Assembly: GCA_010093745.1 (NCBI GenBank)
Contig: MU005986.1
Span: 62,001-126,000 of the forward strand
Direction: 5' to 3'
Origin: Piedraia hortae CBS 480.64
Taxonomy: Eukaryota
DNA length: 64,000 bases
In this document: in pieces, positions 12,850 through 24,239 of the stretch
Position numbering within the stretch: the stretch's first letter is position 1
Layout: each line of letters begins with the position of its first letter
Notes under the pieces: model-generated
What the model saw: only the letters and a program-made list of their open reading frames with translations
What the model was told of the DNA's origin: nothing
The model's database searches: none
Made by a program: the position numbers and the translations under genes

Positions 12850-14300
12850 ATGGAAGTCGAAATTGCACACCAATCCGAAACCAGTCAGGGTGGTATGGGT
12901 GCGACCCACAGGGCTCAAGGGCAGAGTGCGGCGCCAACCATTAGCTTTGAGCAGATGATTGGCCAGTACGGCACAAACGGCTATATCACCAGACAGTTCG
13001 AACAGGAGGGCGGCTACGCCGCTATGGAGGTTTTAAAACATGTTTGGGAAAGAAAAATGGATGCCGACGAGCGTAAAGCATTTGCTCAGAAGTTTGTCTC
13101 TTGGATGGGCCAGGGCTTACACGCTGATGACCAGGTAAAGGCCCCCTTGCGCAAGCAGGTCGATGACCTTACCTTCCAATACGGCACGCTGTGGCAATGC
13201 TCAATGGCTACAAGTAAATTTTACCAAGCTTTCCGAGTCACTAGCGGATATGAGTGCCAGTAAGGGCACCGCACCGAATACTCGAGAGGAAGGTTTCGAA
13301 AAGTTTAGTGGTGAAGGATGTGCTGTAAAAAAGCGTCAGGAACTCCGCCAGTGGAGGTGGTGTCTGACCTACAAATTCGATGCCGGAAAAAAAAAAGTAT
13401 AAAACCAAAGGAATGAGATTAGAATACGCGGTATCCCGCCTTGCAGGCGGGGCATGGGCCATGGTAAGCTCTATTGCACATGCCGTGGTACACAATGTTA
13501 CGTTTGCCAATTGGCATTACCAGACCTTGGCTTCGTTGTTAAAAGATATTTCACAGGTTTACGACTCTGTAGACGCGAAGAAAAAAGCAGAGGCCAACCT
13601 ATCCAACCTCAGGATGGGTCCAGACCAGCCTTGGCCGGAATTCTTCGCCAAATTCACGGAATATCATTCCGAGCTCTCGTACGACACGACAGCAAGGGTG
13701 TCCCAGCTGCGCCCACGCATAAACAAGCGCCTGCGAGACGCCATCTCCTACCAAGCCAATACCCCACCAGATGATGATTACGAGGGTTGGGTCCGTCTCT
13801 ATGCGAAACTGGACGACAGCAGTGCAGAGGAAGCACAAGATCCATCCAGTTTTTTGCCCGACACCCAGGAGGTTGCCATGCCCGCCTCTGACCCTATGGA
13901 AATTAATTAACTCAATACTGTTCTGCAGCGCACGGACGACCTACAGGTTTCGCAAGCGCAATACAATTACCGAAAAGCCAACTACCTTTGCTTTGGGTGT
14001 AGGAGCGCCGAACACTGGTGGCGACGTTGTCCCAACCGTCAAAAACCGCGTGGAAGCGATAGGGGCAGCCGCAGCGGTCGTGGGAGACGTGGAAGTCGTA
14101 GGGATGTTCAATGGCAGTGGGGCCCGGGGCAGGGCTGGGGAAGTTGGAATTATCATCCCTCTTTCCAGGTCCATCAGATGGGCATGCCTCCCATGCAGCT
14201 CCTCCCTTGGTCGACCCCTCCTATGGGCATCCCATCCCCTCCCGCACCCCGACAGCCCGAGGACGTTGAAGATGTTCCCAAAAGAAAAAGCATAACTTCC
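12850..14300 (+). pseudogene. Retrotransposon gag (frameshifted) with CCHC zinc knuckle
   Basis: Capsid-like 'LRMGPDQPWPEFFAKF', then 'DPMEIN*', then in frame 'CFGCRSAEHWWRRC' (13989-14030). Confidence 0.8.
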
Positions 14301-14399
14301 TCGCAAAGTCGTGCGGGGAAGTCGAAAAAAAGTTGTTATGAATCAGAATTGGAACCATTACACATGACATCTATTGGCTCTCAACATCAACTGCTTGAC

Positions 14400-17300
14400 T
14401 CCATAGTTCTAGGTAGAAAAAACTTAACATCCAACTCAATGATCGATTCAGGATGTTCCGGAATAGCCTTCATGAGTATCACTTTCGCGTAAACATCGAA
14501 TCTGCAGCCGCAGAGACTCAAAGCGCCGAGACGCTTGCTGATGGCCGACAACTCGCCAGTGAAGCGGGATATAATACCCACTTTGTGCAATCATGGTTCG
14601 AGATTGGAAGCCATCGCGAGTTCCTCCTTTTTTCTTTCACGCAGCTCAATGTCGACATCATACTAGGTCTCCCATGGTTGCGTTTGCATAACCCTCGTAT
14701 AGACTGGGCGAGTAACTCGAGAGTTGACTGGTCCAACTGCTGCCTGAACTGTCTGAAGGATGGTCAGCGTTGCAGATTTGAGGGATGGTCTGAATGTGCT
14801 CACAAACGCTACCAAGCTACGGTGGATGACTTTGCGGAAGACGAAACTGGCACACTGGATATATCGGTGTTGGACCCTGACAGCATGCTGGCGTACTACC
14901 AATCCGATGGAGTTTATGACCACTTTGTCACCTTGACAGAGTTATCAGAGAATCGGCTGGATCAGGACCCCATAGCAATTCACAAATTGACGCAGGATGA
15001 CATCGACAAATTCCTGGAAAGACAGCGGCGCAGCCCGTACACACCAGAAGAGCTGGAAAGGAAAATACCTAAAGAGCACCACGGCATACTGGATGCTATT
15101 TCCAAGCAAGCTACAAACGAATTGCCGCCATACCGGGCGACTGACACCAAATTTCTTTGGAAAGAGGGTATAGCACCACCCTGCAACAAATCGAGGCCAT
15201 TCAGCACAGAGGAAAACAAGGTCATCAAGGAGTGGTTGGACGATCAACTGGCGAAAGGTTTTATCAGAAGATCGACTTCGCCTCCCGCTGAGCTGATCCT
15301 CATTGCAAGGAAACCTGGAGGCGGAGTCAGAATCTGCCATGACTACCTAGGGCTGAATGCAGCCACGATCAAGAATCGGTTTCCCCTGCCCTTGATACAT
15401 GACACCCTGGCCAAGATTGGGAAAGCCAAATGGTTCACCAAACTGGACGTGATCGCAGCCTTCAATAGGATTCGCCTCATCGAAGGGGAGGAATGGAAGA
15501 CAGCGTTTACAACGTGATACGGCCTTTTTGAGCAGCTGTTCACCCCGTTTGGCCTGTGCAATGCCCCGTCCATCTTCCAAAACTACATCAACCGGGCACT
15601 GCATGACATATTGGACGTGCATTGCTCTGCATATCTGGACGATGTTATCATTATCTCGGATAATCTCGATGATCATTATGAGCACGTTAATCAGGTCCTG
15701 AAAAGGCTTCTTGCGGCTGGGCTACAGATCGACGTGAACAAATGCGAGTTTCACACAACGTCAATCAAATATCCTGTTCTCATCGTGAGAAGAGACGGTA
15801 TTTTCCATGGACCCCGCAAAAGTTGAAAAGAAAAATTGTCGTGGACAAGCCCTGATGACTGCCCCAAGAACAAAGTCAAGGAATTCCAACGCTTTTTGGG
15901 GTTTGCCAATTATTACCGGCGCTCTGTGGCAGGATACTCAAAAATAGCGAGGCCATTCACAGAGCCAACCAAACTACAGGTAGCATGGGATTGGACTGAG
16001 GAATGTGATCAGGCGTTCCGTACCCTCAAGCGTGCATTCAGCCAGCGCACCAGCCTTGCAGTACTTCGATCCAACACGGAAAACATTTGTCCAAACGTAC
16101 GCCTCAGATTGGGCGGCTGGTGGGGTACTGTCCCAGAATCATAACGGCACACTGCATCCGGTGGCTCTTTTCTCCTCCAAGCACTCTGCTCAAGAGTGTA
16201 ATTACGATATATACGACAAGGAGATTTTGGCAATTGTGAAAGTCCTGGAGGAGTGGCAGCCAAAACTCCAGGGTTTGGACCAGTTCGACATTGTTACCGA
16301 TCATAAAAGCTTGGAGTTTTTTATGACCACGAAGCGATTTAAACAAAGGCATGCTCAATGGGTAGAGTTCTGGTCCGACTTCAATTTTACAATTGCATAT
16401 AGACCTGAAAGGTACTATGGACAGCCGGACGCGCTCAGCCGGATGCCGAGCACAAGGCCTGTAGATGCTGACAACGTCGCCTGTGCCACCGTGAGCAACA
16501 TCTCCTGCCAGACAACAACCTGGCCCCAGGCATAAAGCCACTAGGCACAACTTCAAATGCCATGAATGTCCGCTTGGTAGACGCGCTGAGCAGCGCCGAC
16601 AAACCCACGATGAGCTGATCACAGAAGCATACGCTAAGTCCCCAATTGCAGTTTGTATGATGAAAGCTATACAGGAAGGAAAGCAAAACTGGCCGAGAAG
16701 CATCCGCAGGGACTTGTAGAAGGTGCCATTTAGGAAATGCAGGATCGTGCGTGACAAGATGTATCTCGAAGGCAAATTGTTCATTCCTAAGGACGACGAA
16801 ACAGTACTTCAAATTCTCCATCGAAACCACACGCTAGGTGGCAGGCCATCCCGGACGGACCAAAACCTTAGATCTCGTCAGACGGAATTATATTTGACCA
16901 CGAATGCACCAGGATATAGCACGCTCTGTGCGAAACTGCAACACATGTCGACGATCAAAGGCGTCAAGACGGGCTCCTTTTGGGCTCCTACAACCGCTAC
17001 CAGCACCTGTGGGTAAACGGGAGGACATTTCCATCGATTATGTCACGGATTTGCTTGAATGCAAGCGGAATAACCAAGTCTACAAGCACATCTTGGTCGT
17101 GGTAGACCGACTGACGAAAATGCGCCATTACATTCCCATGGCAAGCCTGGACGTCCCGGATTTGGTTGATGGATTTCTTTGGTGGGTCTGGTCCCTACAC
17201 GGCACCCCGCTGTCCATCGTCAGTGATCGAGGACCTCAATTTGTCTCCATTTTTTGGGGACAGGTAAGCAAGCGACTCGGTACGACACCAACGCCCTCAT

Positions 17301-18130
17301 CATCGCATCATCCTCAGACAAACGGGCAAACCGAAAACGCGAATGCCGAAAAAGAAGTCTAATGCCGATCGCATGTCAACTACCTCCAGGACGATTGGTA
17401 CAATTGGCTGCCCATGGCGGAATTTGCAGCCAACAATGCGCGCTCAGAACCCACAGGCCTGACACCTTTTTTCCGCCAGATACCTCGCTCACCCCAGAAT
17501 GGGAACGGAACCTCGAGGCCCGCAACCGCCATGTATGATGTTCAAACAGTGACAAGCCTGCTTGGCAGCGAACGAATATGCAGAGAAGCTGCAGCAGATG
17601 TTGGATTATCTTCAAGCGGCCTTGAGGGAGGCGCAAGAAACACAAGCCGACGCGGCAAACCGGAAACTTCTACAATCTAATTTCAAAGAGGGAGAAGAAA
17701 AATTGCCTGAACACCAAGTACATTAAAACGCTTCGTCAATCCAAAAACCTCGACGCCAAGAATGAAGGACCTTTCTTCATTGAAAAGGCATACGAGACGG
17801 CGTGTCGGTTGAAGGTTCCTCCAGAATATTTCCCGTCTTCCACAACTCACTGTTGACTAGGGTATTCAACGACCCTCTACCGGGTCAATATCAACTCAAC
17901 GAATCACCGCAAGAGGAAGGTGTCCTGGCGCATCACGATGACATGGACAAAGATAGAGTGGAACTATAATCCAGCCACATAATAAAGCAGAGGGGCCGGC
18001 AGAACATCAAGTACTTGGTTCAATGGAGAAATCAGGCGGTCACGTGGAAGGAAGCTGGAAATCAGAGGGGCTGTTTGGACCAGCTCGAAGACTTTTACCA
18101 GAAGAACCCCGACAAACCGAAGCCTTTCAT
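14400..18130 (+). pseudogene. Retrotransposon pol: aspartic protease, RT, RNase H, integrase, chromodomain
   Basis: 'MIDSGCSG'; 'RICHDYLGLNAATIKNRFPLPLI', 'AYLDDVII'; 'NYDIYDKEILAIV'; 'SIVSDRGPQF', 'HPQTNGQTE'; 'KYLVQW....TW'. Confidence 0.92.
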
Positions 18131-18317
18131 GTACCACGAGTACCTTCGGCTCAATGAGGCCCGGGACACTGAACGAGTCCACCCTCCAACTGATCGGAAT
18201 GCGAGAATTCGAAAACCTTCAAAGCGGCTGCTTGGGCAGTGGTCCGTTGCACCCTGAAGGAATAAAGTCTCAAGTGGTTAGTTTTCGGGTCTAAAACACT
18301 TTTTGGACGGGGGCAGC

Positions 18318-18411
18318 TGTCACGGCTAATGCCGTGCTCTCTGTAGTGTTGGGTAGCGCGCCTGGAGCCATCTCCTCGTGCGACAAATTAGTTCCAACGC
18401 GTACCCTGACA
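18318..18411 (+). repeat. 3' LTR (94 bp), preceded by a G-rich PPT-like tract
   Basis: tgtcacggctaatgccg...caacgcgtaccctgaca; 'ggacgggggcagc' lies immediately upstream. Confidence 0.92.
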
Positions 18412-19967
18412 TGGTATCATATGAGATGAGGAATAATTTGTTGAGTGAAAGTGTTGGGTCTGTGGCTGGGTTGAGATCCTCTATCTCCCTCCGGTAGGAA
18501 TGTTCGTGTGAGAAGGTAGGATTATGATCTCCTGCATTTCCCTGAATGTAGTCTGCAAAGGTTCTCCCCCCTTCCGTTCCGTTTGATGCTTGTTTTTCTT
18601 TCTTACTTTCCATAGTGGGTTCCCGTTCTCAGAAGGTTGTTTAAGGTGCAGCTCTATTGGATGTAATGTTCGAAGAACATTTCGCGTGAAATATCCGGAT
18701 GTGGACATGGCTGTTTTCAATATGGCTTTCTCATGTGATGGGTAGAATGTATCAACCGCTGGAGTGATGCTCTATTCGCAGGAGGGAAGTTCTACTCTTG
18801 ATCCATCCTTGCCTGTGGTTGTTGGGCTTGGATGTCACTTCACTATCTGCTTCGCTCGTATCGCTCACCATTCACGATCCATTCCTTGTTCCATTCTACT
18901 TTATGCCGGCAGCAGCCATAGGGGTAAGAAATGGACATAATGCCTTGGACTCGTGGTAGCACTTGAAATTAATTGATTATTCAATTCCTTCTCCCCCGAT
19001 AATTTGAACTACCACTCGGGTATTGCATGAGACGGGTTTCAATGGCATGGAAGGGATTTGCAATAGAGTGCGGGTATCAATGATCCCTAGATCATCTTGA
19101 ATGCAACATTTCGCTCTAAGAGATGCCAATCAAGAGAACTCTTCGTGTTATATTGACACACTGGGCGGGAAACAACTGCCTTTTTCTCTTGTGGCTTGGC
19201 ACTGTCAAAGAGGTAAAGAGGGTGTGGATACACGTGGGGAGGATGTTACTACGAAGAATGGATACGAAGAATGATATGTAGGTATACTGCCGACTTCCTT
19301 TATTGTAGACTCGAAGCATGCATTGAGAAAATTCCAAGTCCATATATATAGGGAGTAGCGTGGAGGATATGGTCCGTGCGCGGTCGAGCGGGTCCCAATT
19401 TCGTTTATGGCGGCAACTGGTGCCGCAGAATTCAGCCGCTGTCGACTGGTGCATCAGAATGTGGTGTCACGATTTGCCATTCACCCTAGGACGTTCGGAG
19501 AATTTGTCATTCTCGCGATGTGCACGTGATTATCTAAACTTACACATTAGATTTCACTACGCTGACCTGACCACAAGCGGTCAGGGCTTCGGGAAGGAAG
19601 CTATGGGCTTCTCTGAATCGGCCATCGAAGCTGAATATCCTTTGAGGAGGAGGTTTTACTGAGTAGAAAACACCTAATGTTCCTTGTAGGCGGCGAAGTA
19701 TCCAAGAGATGCGGGGGTACTTTCCACCAGCAACAGCACAAAATTGTAGGAACCAAGTCTTCTTTATCGTCTCATCTCCTCGTCCTCTCATCTGCCCCTC
19801 TTCCCCTGACATTTCCGTTATAGAACGCTGTCCGCGCCCATGGCTCCGTGCTCGCCCAGAGTGCTGAAGACCTCTTATCCCGAACCCCCCTTGCTCTCCT
19901 TCCATAGATTCGTTCATTTTTGTTCCGAAAAAGCAAGACTTTCGATTTTTGGGGGAACCGGAAAATT

Positions 19968-21617
19968 ATGCCGCTGATCAGCAAGTTTTTACCTCTCGTC
20001 CTCCTCGCCTCGAGTGGGCGCTCGATCGCTGTCCCGTCTCCCGGCGATGTACAGGTCACGAATCACGGCCAGGTGGATCAGGGAACTTGGGATAATGCGC
20101 CTCAGGGAATGATGGAGCGTCGTGAGGTGACGGTTACAAATCACGGCCCGGTCGATTCAGGAACTTGGGACGATGCCGCCAAGGACAATGAACGTCGTGA
20201 AGTGACGGTTACGAACCATGGCCAGGTGGATCAGGGAACTTGGGATAATGCGCCTCAGGGAATGATGGAGCGTCGTGAGGTGACGGTAACGAACCACGGC
20301 CCGGTCGACTCTGGAACCTGGGATGATGCCCCCGATGGGAAGGAGAAGAAAAGGGAGGTGACGGTCACGAACCATGGTCCGGTTGACTCTGGCACTTGGG
20401 ACGATGCCGCCAAGGACAATGAACGCCGTGAAGTGACGGTTACGAACCATGGCCAGGTGGATCAGGGAACTTGGGATAATGCGCCTCAGGGAATGATGGA
20501 GCGTCGTGAGGTGACAGTGACAAACCACGGCCCGGTCGACTCTGGAACTTGGGACGATGCCGCCAAGGACAATGAACGTCGTGAAGTGACGGTTACGAAC
20601 CATGGCCAGGTGGATCAGGGCACCTGGGACAATGCACCCCAGGGCGGGATGCAGAAGAGGGAGGTAACAGTTACGAATGACGGCCCTGTCGACTCTGGAA
20701 CCTGGGATGATGCTTCCGAAGGAAAGGAGCGTCGCGAGGTGACGGTCACAAACCATGGCCAGGTGGATCAGGGAACGTGGGATAACGCTCCCCAAGGGAT
20801 GAAACGTCGTGAGGTGACAGTCACAAACCACGGTCCGGTTGATTCTGGCACTTGGGACGATGCCCCCCAGGGCAAGGAGCGTCGTGAAGTGACGGTTACA
20901 AACCACGGCCAAGTGGATCAGGGAACATGGGACAATGCCCCCCAAGAAATGAAACGTCGTGAAGTTACAGTCACGAACCACGGCCCGGTCGACTCTGGAA
21001 CTTGGGATGATGCTCCCGAAGGAAAGGAGCGTCGTGAGGTGACGGTCACAAACCACGGCCAAGTTGATTCTGGAACATTTGACAATCCTTCTGGATCCAA
21101 CCAGCGTCGCGGCCTCTACTGCTTGGACACGTACTTCGCGCAGCAGATTGCAACCAACTTTGGCAATCTGATCCAACTAGTTCCTGGCTGGCAGAGCCTC
21201 GCAAAGGCAGCCCTCGCGCCGGAATTTACAGACTATAGCGAGTCCGTCAACTCTCTAATCAACAGCTGTCCGCAGGGTGCATCGGCACACACTCTGCCGC
21301 TGCTTTCGCCAACATTCTCCAGCCGGAACGAGTTCATCCAGGGTCAGGGCGAGCAGGCGCCCATCAACTTCCAGCAGCTGAACCTGTGGCACTCGTGTGA
21401 CTCGGTCACCATCCGCTGGATGACGACCAATACGGCCAACGTGACCGGAGTCAAGCCCGTCATCGGCATGATTACCATGGAAACGCGTGAGGCGCCCTAC
21501 GGCAACAAGTACCCCTTTTACATCAAGAAGATTTATTCCGAGTTCAACGCCGGCGCCTGGCTACAGAACCTTATCGCCGCCGGTTTCTGTCCCAAGTCAG
21601 CCCTTTCGAAGCTTTAG
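19968..21617 (+). CDS. Secreted Kex2-processed repeat protein (KEP): signal peptide + 14 peptide repeats + C-terminal globular (probably NTF2-like) domain
   Basis: Hydrophobic N-terminus MPLISKFLPLVLLASSG; repeats EVTVTNHG[QP]VD[QS]GTWD[ND]A....[RK]R; 168-aa non-repetitive tail after the last RR. Confidence 0.85.
   Translation: MPLISKFLPLVLLASSGRSIAVPSPGDVQVTNHGQVDQGTWDNAPQGMMERREVTVTNHGPVDSGTWDDAAKDNERREVTVTNHGQVDQGTWDNAPQGMMERREVTVTNHGPVDSGTWDDAPDGKEKKREVTVTNHGPVDSGTWDDAAKDNERREVTVTNHGQVDQGTWDNAPQGMMERREVTVTNHGPVDSGTWDDAAKDNERREVTVTNHGQVDQGTWDNAPQGGMQKREVTVTNDGPVDSGTWDDASEGKERREVTVTNHGQVDQGTWDNAPQGMKRREVTVTNHGPVDSGTWDDAPQGKERREVTVTNHGQVDQGTWDNAPQEMKRREVTVTNHGPVDSGTWDDAPEGKERREVTVTNHGQVDSGTFDNPSGSNQRRGLYCLDTYFAQQIATNFGNLIQLVPGWQSLAKAALAPEFTDYSESVNSLINSCPQGASAHTLPLLSPTFSSRNEFIQGQGEQAPINFQQLNLWHSCDSVTIRWMTTNTANVTGVKPVIGMITMETREAPYGNKYPFYIKKIYSEFNAGAWLQNLIAAGFCPKSALSKL
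20046..21110 (+). repeat. Coding tandem repeat, 14 units of 75-78 bp
   Basis: Directly visible; 1065 nt = 355 aa. Confidence 0.97.
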
Positions 21618-22064
21618 AGGATTTTTTATGTGAGATTGCGTTGGGGTAGCCGGGGGTTGGGGAGTGTTATCTTGGAATATAACTCATAGTTGAACATACC
21701 ATGATACCTATACATACCTATAAGAACATGTGAAGCGAAGAAACCACCGATCGTCTGCCCCATAAGCCGGGATACAAGGAAGTCGGGCAGCTCCTTGAAT
21801 TCCGACGCTTCCTGAGATATACTGCCCGCTTTCAACACAAGATGATGAGATGCAACAAAAAATTTGCCATTCAAATTCACACAATCCCTAAGCAGCAACC
21901 AGAACACATCATGCATTTTGATGGAGTGTCCGGTTTCAGGGTCTGTCCGACTTCCTCAACCCGTTTAAGGCCGTTTTAGCCCTCGGCCCGACCCGTTCTG
22001 ACTTCACCTCCCCCACCCACCAATCAGTCCATGTTTAATGGACTGAACTTCTCCATACCCATAA

Positions 22065-22712
22065 ATGGTCCGTAGCCTCTACAAAACCAAACCAACCTAA
22101 CATCATTCTGCATCGTTATAGCCGCCCCGAAAGTCCACGAAGAAAAGTCAAACCCGCTCCTCCCACGCATCCGAAACCTCAACACAAGAATCCGAATTCC
22201 GCGAGGCCTTCCAACTCTTCTCCACCAAACCCAAGACACGGGAAAAACGCTACCTGAACAATGACGGTGAGGCTTATCTTCCTCTCACCGACTTTCGTCG
22301 TGCGCTCTCTGCACTGAACTTCCCGCTCCCGGATACGAAATCTAGAGAGTGGAGGGAGATCTTATCCGCCGTCAACCCTGATGAGGACGAGGAAGACCAA
22401 AGAAAGGGCATAGATTTCGAGACGTTCGTAGGCGTTGCCGAGCTTTTGGCGCGAAGGCAGGATGACGGTGCAGCCGACGCGGAGAATGAGGAGATCGAGA
22501 GTGTATACCACATGTTTACGAAGAACAGGCCCGGCGCAAAGGGGATCAGTCTCCAGGACTTGAAACATGTGGTGGGATTGTTGAAGCTTGAGGACCAAGT
22601 CGATGAGGCACTCCTGAGGGATATGATTCGTGAGGCGAAGGGAGGGGAGGAGGGAGAGGTTTCGTTGGATGAGTTTGGGGATGTTGTTAGACGAGCGGGA
22701 GCGGTTGGGTGA
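22065..22712 (+). CDS. EF-hand (centrin/calmodulin-like) protein; ATG-only first exon, intron 22068-22121
   Basis: ATG|gtccgt...ctaac...tag|CCG opens a 197-codon exon: 'EFREAFQLF', 'GIDFETFV', 'IESVYHMFT...ISLQDLKHV...MIREA...VSLDEFGDVVRRAG'. Confidence 0.75.
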
Positions 22713-22731
22713 GGGCTTTCCATCAATTCTG

Positions 22732-23952
22732 TTATAGTCTCAATTCAGACCCATTTTCTTCTTCCCATTTCTTGATTCTCTCTCTGATCTTTTCTTTGCT
22801 CTTCTTCTTTTCCTCGAAGTTTAACCACTTTTTGAAGACCATTTCAGCCCTCCGCTTCTTCATTTTCACACCCGTCATGCGTTCGTACAGGTCCGATACC
22901 CTTTGCTTATTCTCTATCCCCACCGCTTTCTCGGCATCAACCCACATATCCCACCCAGTCGTCCATTTGGGCCATTCGGTCATTAAGCTTTCGAAGATAG
23001 TCCGCCCGCGCTCGAGGTTGCCGTTCCCGGAACGGAACTCCGAGATCGCGAACTTGGCCGTCAAGAGTCTATGTTCGTTGAGCGGCACAGATTGCAACGC
23101 ACGGGGTAGCAGCTCGCGCGCGCGATCGGGCGTCTTGTTAGTATCCATGAGAAAACTGGCATAGTTGAGCCAGACGCTTGCGGAGGCCCTGAAAGCTTTA
23201 TTCTTAAGCATGCGGTCAAAGAGTGCATCTGCGCGCGCGTGTTTGCCGGACATGATATATATAGATGCCAGTTTCTGGTGCATCGCAAGGCTATCCTGCA
23301 CTTGGCACGCCTGACTGAAGACTTCCTCTACGCGCTCCTCGTCGCCATACTCGACTTCCAGATTCAGCAAAGCGATCCAGATATTGAGCTTTTCTTCTAC
23401 CTCACAAAGGTGTATCGTGCGCAAGGCGCGTTCGGCAATTTCGCGTGCCCGCTGTGTCTCGCCCAATTGGAGTTGGAACGCCATGTATTCGACCCAGAGC
23501 GTAGAATCATTGGGACGCACGAGTAGCTGGCGTTCGAAATCATCGTTGCTGCGTGGGCCGTAGAGGACCAAGTCGCCGGTTACGTCTTTCTGTTGGCTTT
23601 TCTTCTTGCTACGTTTGCGACTTTCCATCGGTGTGTCCGACTCGGACTCGGTTGCGGTAGAGTCGGCAAAGACATCGCCGGTCCAGTCGAAGCCGCGCGT
23701 TTTAAGACATTGAGCTGGCTGAGACGCTGCCACGGGTTGGTCCGTCTTCTGTGCGGCATCACGCTCAGCCTGCGCTTTGATTTTTTTTCGGTCAGAAGAC
23801 CCAAGGACATCAGCATCGATCTTTCCGGTTGATTTGACTGATTTCTTCTGCGCTTCTTCAGCCTTTTGGGACTTTAGTCTTTTCTCTGAAATCACTTTAG
23901 GCTTCTTGCTTGGACGCTCAGCTGCGACTGCTTTCCGTTTGACTTGAGCCAT
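22732..23952 (-). CDS. RRP5: Rrp5 C-terminal half (HAT/TPR repeats) as a stand-alone gene
   Basis: 'GFDWTG', 'PRSNDDFERQLLVRPNDSTLWVEYMAFQLQLGE..RAREIAERALRTI...EEKLNIWIALLNLEVEYG', 'ERGRTIFE', 'FKKWLNFE'. No S1 domains. Confidence 0.9.
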   Translation of the reverse strand: MAQVKRKAVAAERPSKKPKVISEKRLKSQKAEEAQKKSVKSTGKIDADVLGSSDRKKIKAQAERDAAQKTDQPVAASQPAQCLKTRGFDWTGDVFADSTATESESDTPMESRKRSKKKSQQKDVTGDLVLYGPRSNDDFERQLLVRPNDSTLWVEYMAFQLQLGETQRAREIAERALRTIHLCEVEEKLNIWIALLNLEVEYGDEERVEEVFSQACQVQDSLAMHQKLASIYIMSGKHARADALFDRMLKNKAFRASASVWLNYASFLMDTNKTPDRARELLPRALQSVPLNEHRLLTAKFAISEFRSGNGNLERGRTIFESLMTEWPKWTTGWDMWVDAEKAVGIENKQRVSDLYERMTGVKMKKRRAEMVFKKWLNFEEKKKSKEKIRERIKKWEEENGSELRL

Positions 23953-24239
23953 GTTACGAAGACAAGATTATCAGATTCTTTTTCTGGTGCATCGCGGAAC
24001 CCTGCCGCTCCTACGCTGACTCATTGTAACATTGTAATAGACGTGACATATCGTGACACCCGTCAGCAGGATGAACCTTAAGGTTGCATGGTAAGGAAGA
24101 CAATGCCATGTACTATATACACAAGTGTAGCCAGCAAAAACTCCAGGACATGCTCCCATCTACTACACGGCCAATGAGCGGCCACCCGACATGCGACAGA
24201 CCCGATATCCACCCTGGCTCGACCCTCTATGAACACCAA

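Larger units (their letters stand above)
12643..18411 (+). mobile_element. Degenerate full-length Ty3/Gypsy LTR retrotransposon (chromovirus)
   Basis: Paired LTRs with TGTCA...TGACA ends, 5-bp TSD TGGTA (12638-12642 and 18412-18416), and fragments in gag-PR-RT-RH-IN-chromodomain order broken by stops and frameshifts. Confidence 0.95.

Noticed and set aside
20046..21110. Repeat array as a CRISPR-like or non-coding repeat
   Set aside because: The context is eukaryotic, unit lengths are multiples of 3, and variation is largely synonymous within one ORF.
20157..21176. 339-aa antisense ORF over the peptide repeats
   Set aside because: A shadow of the stop-free repetitive sense ORF.
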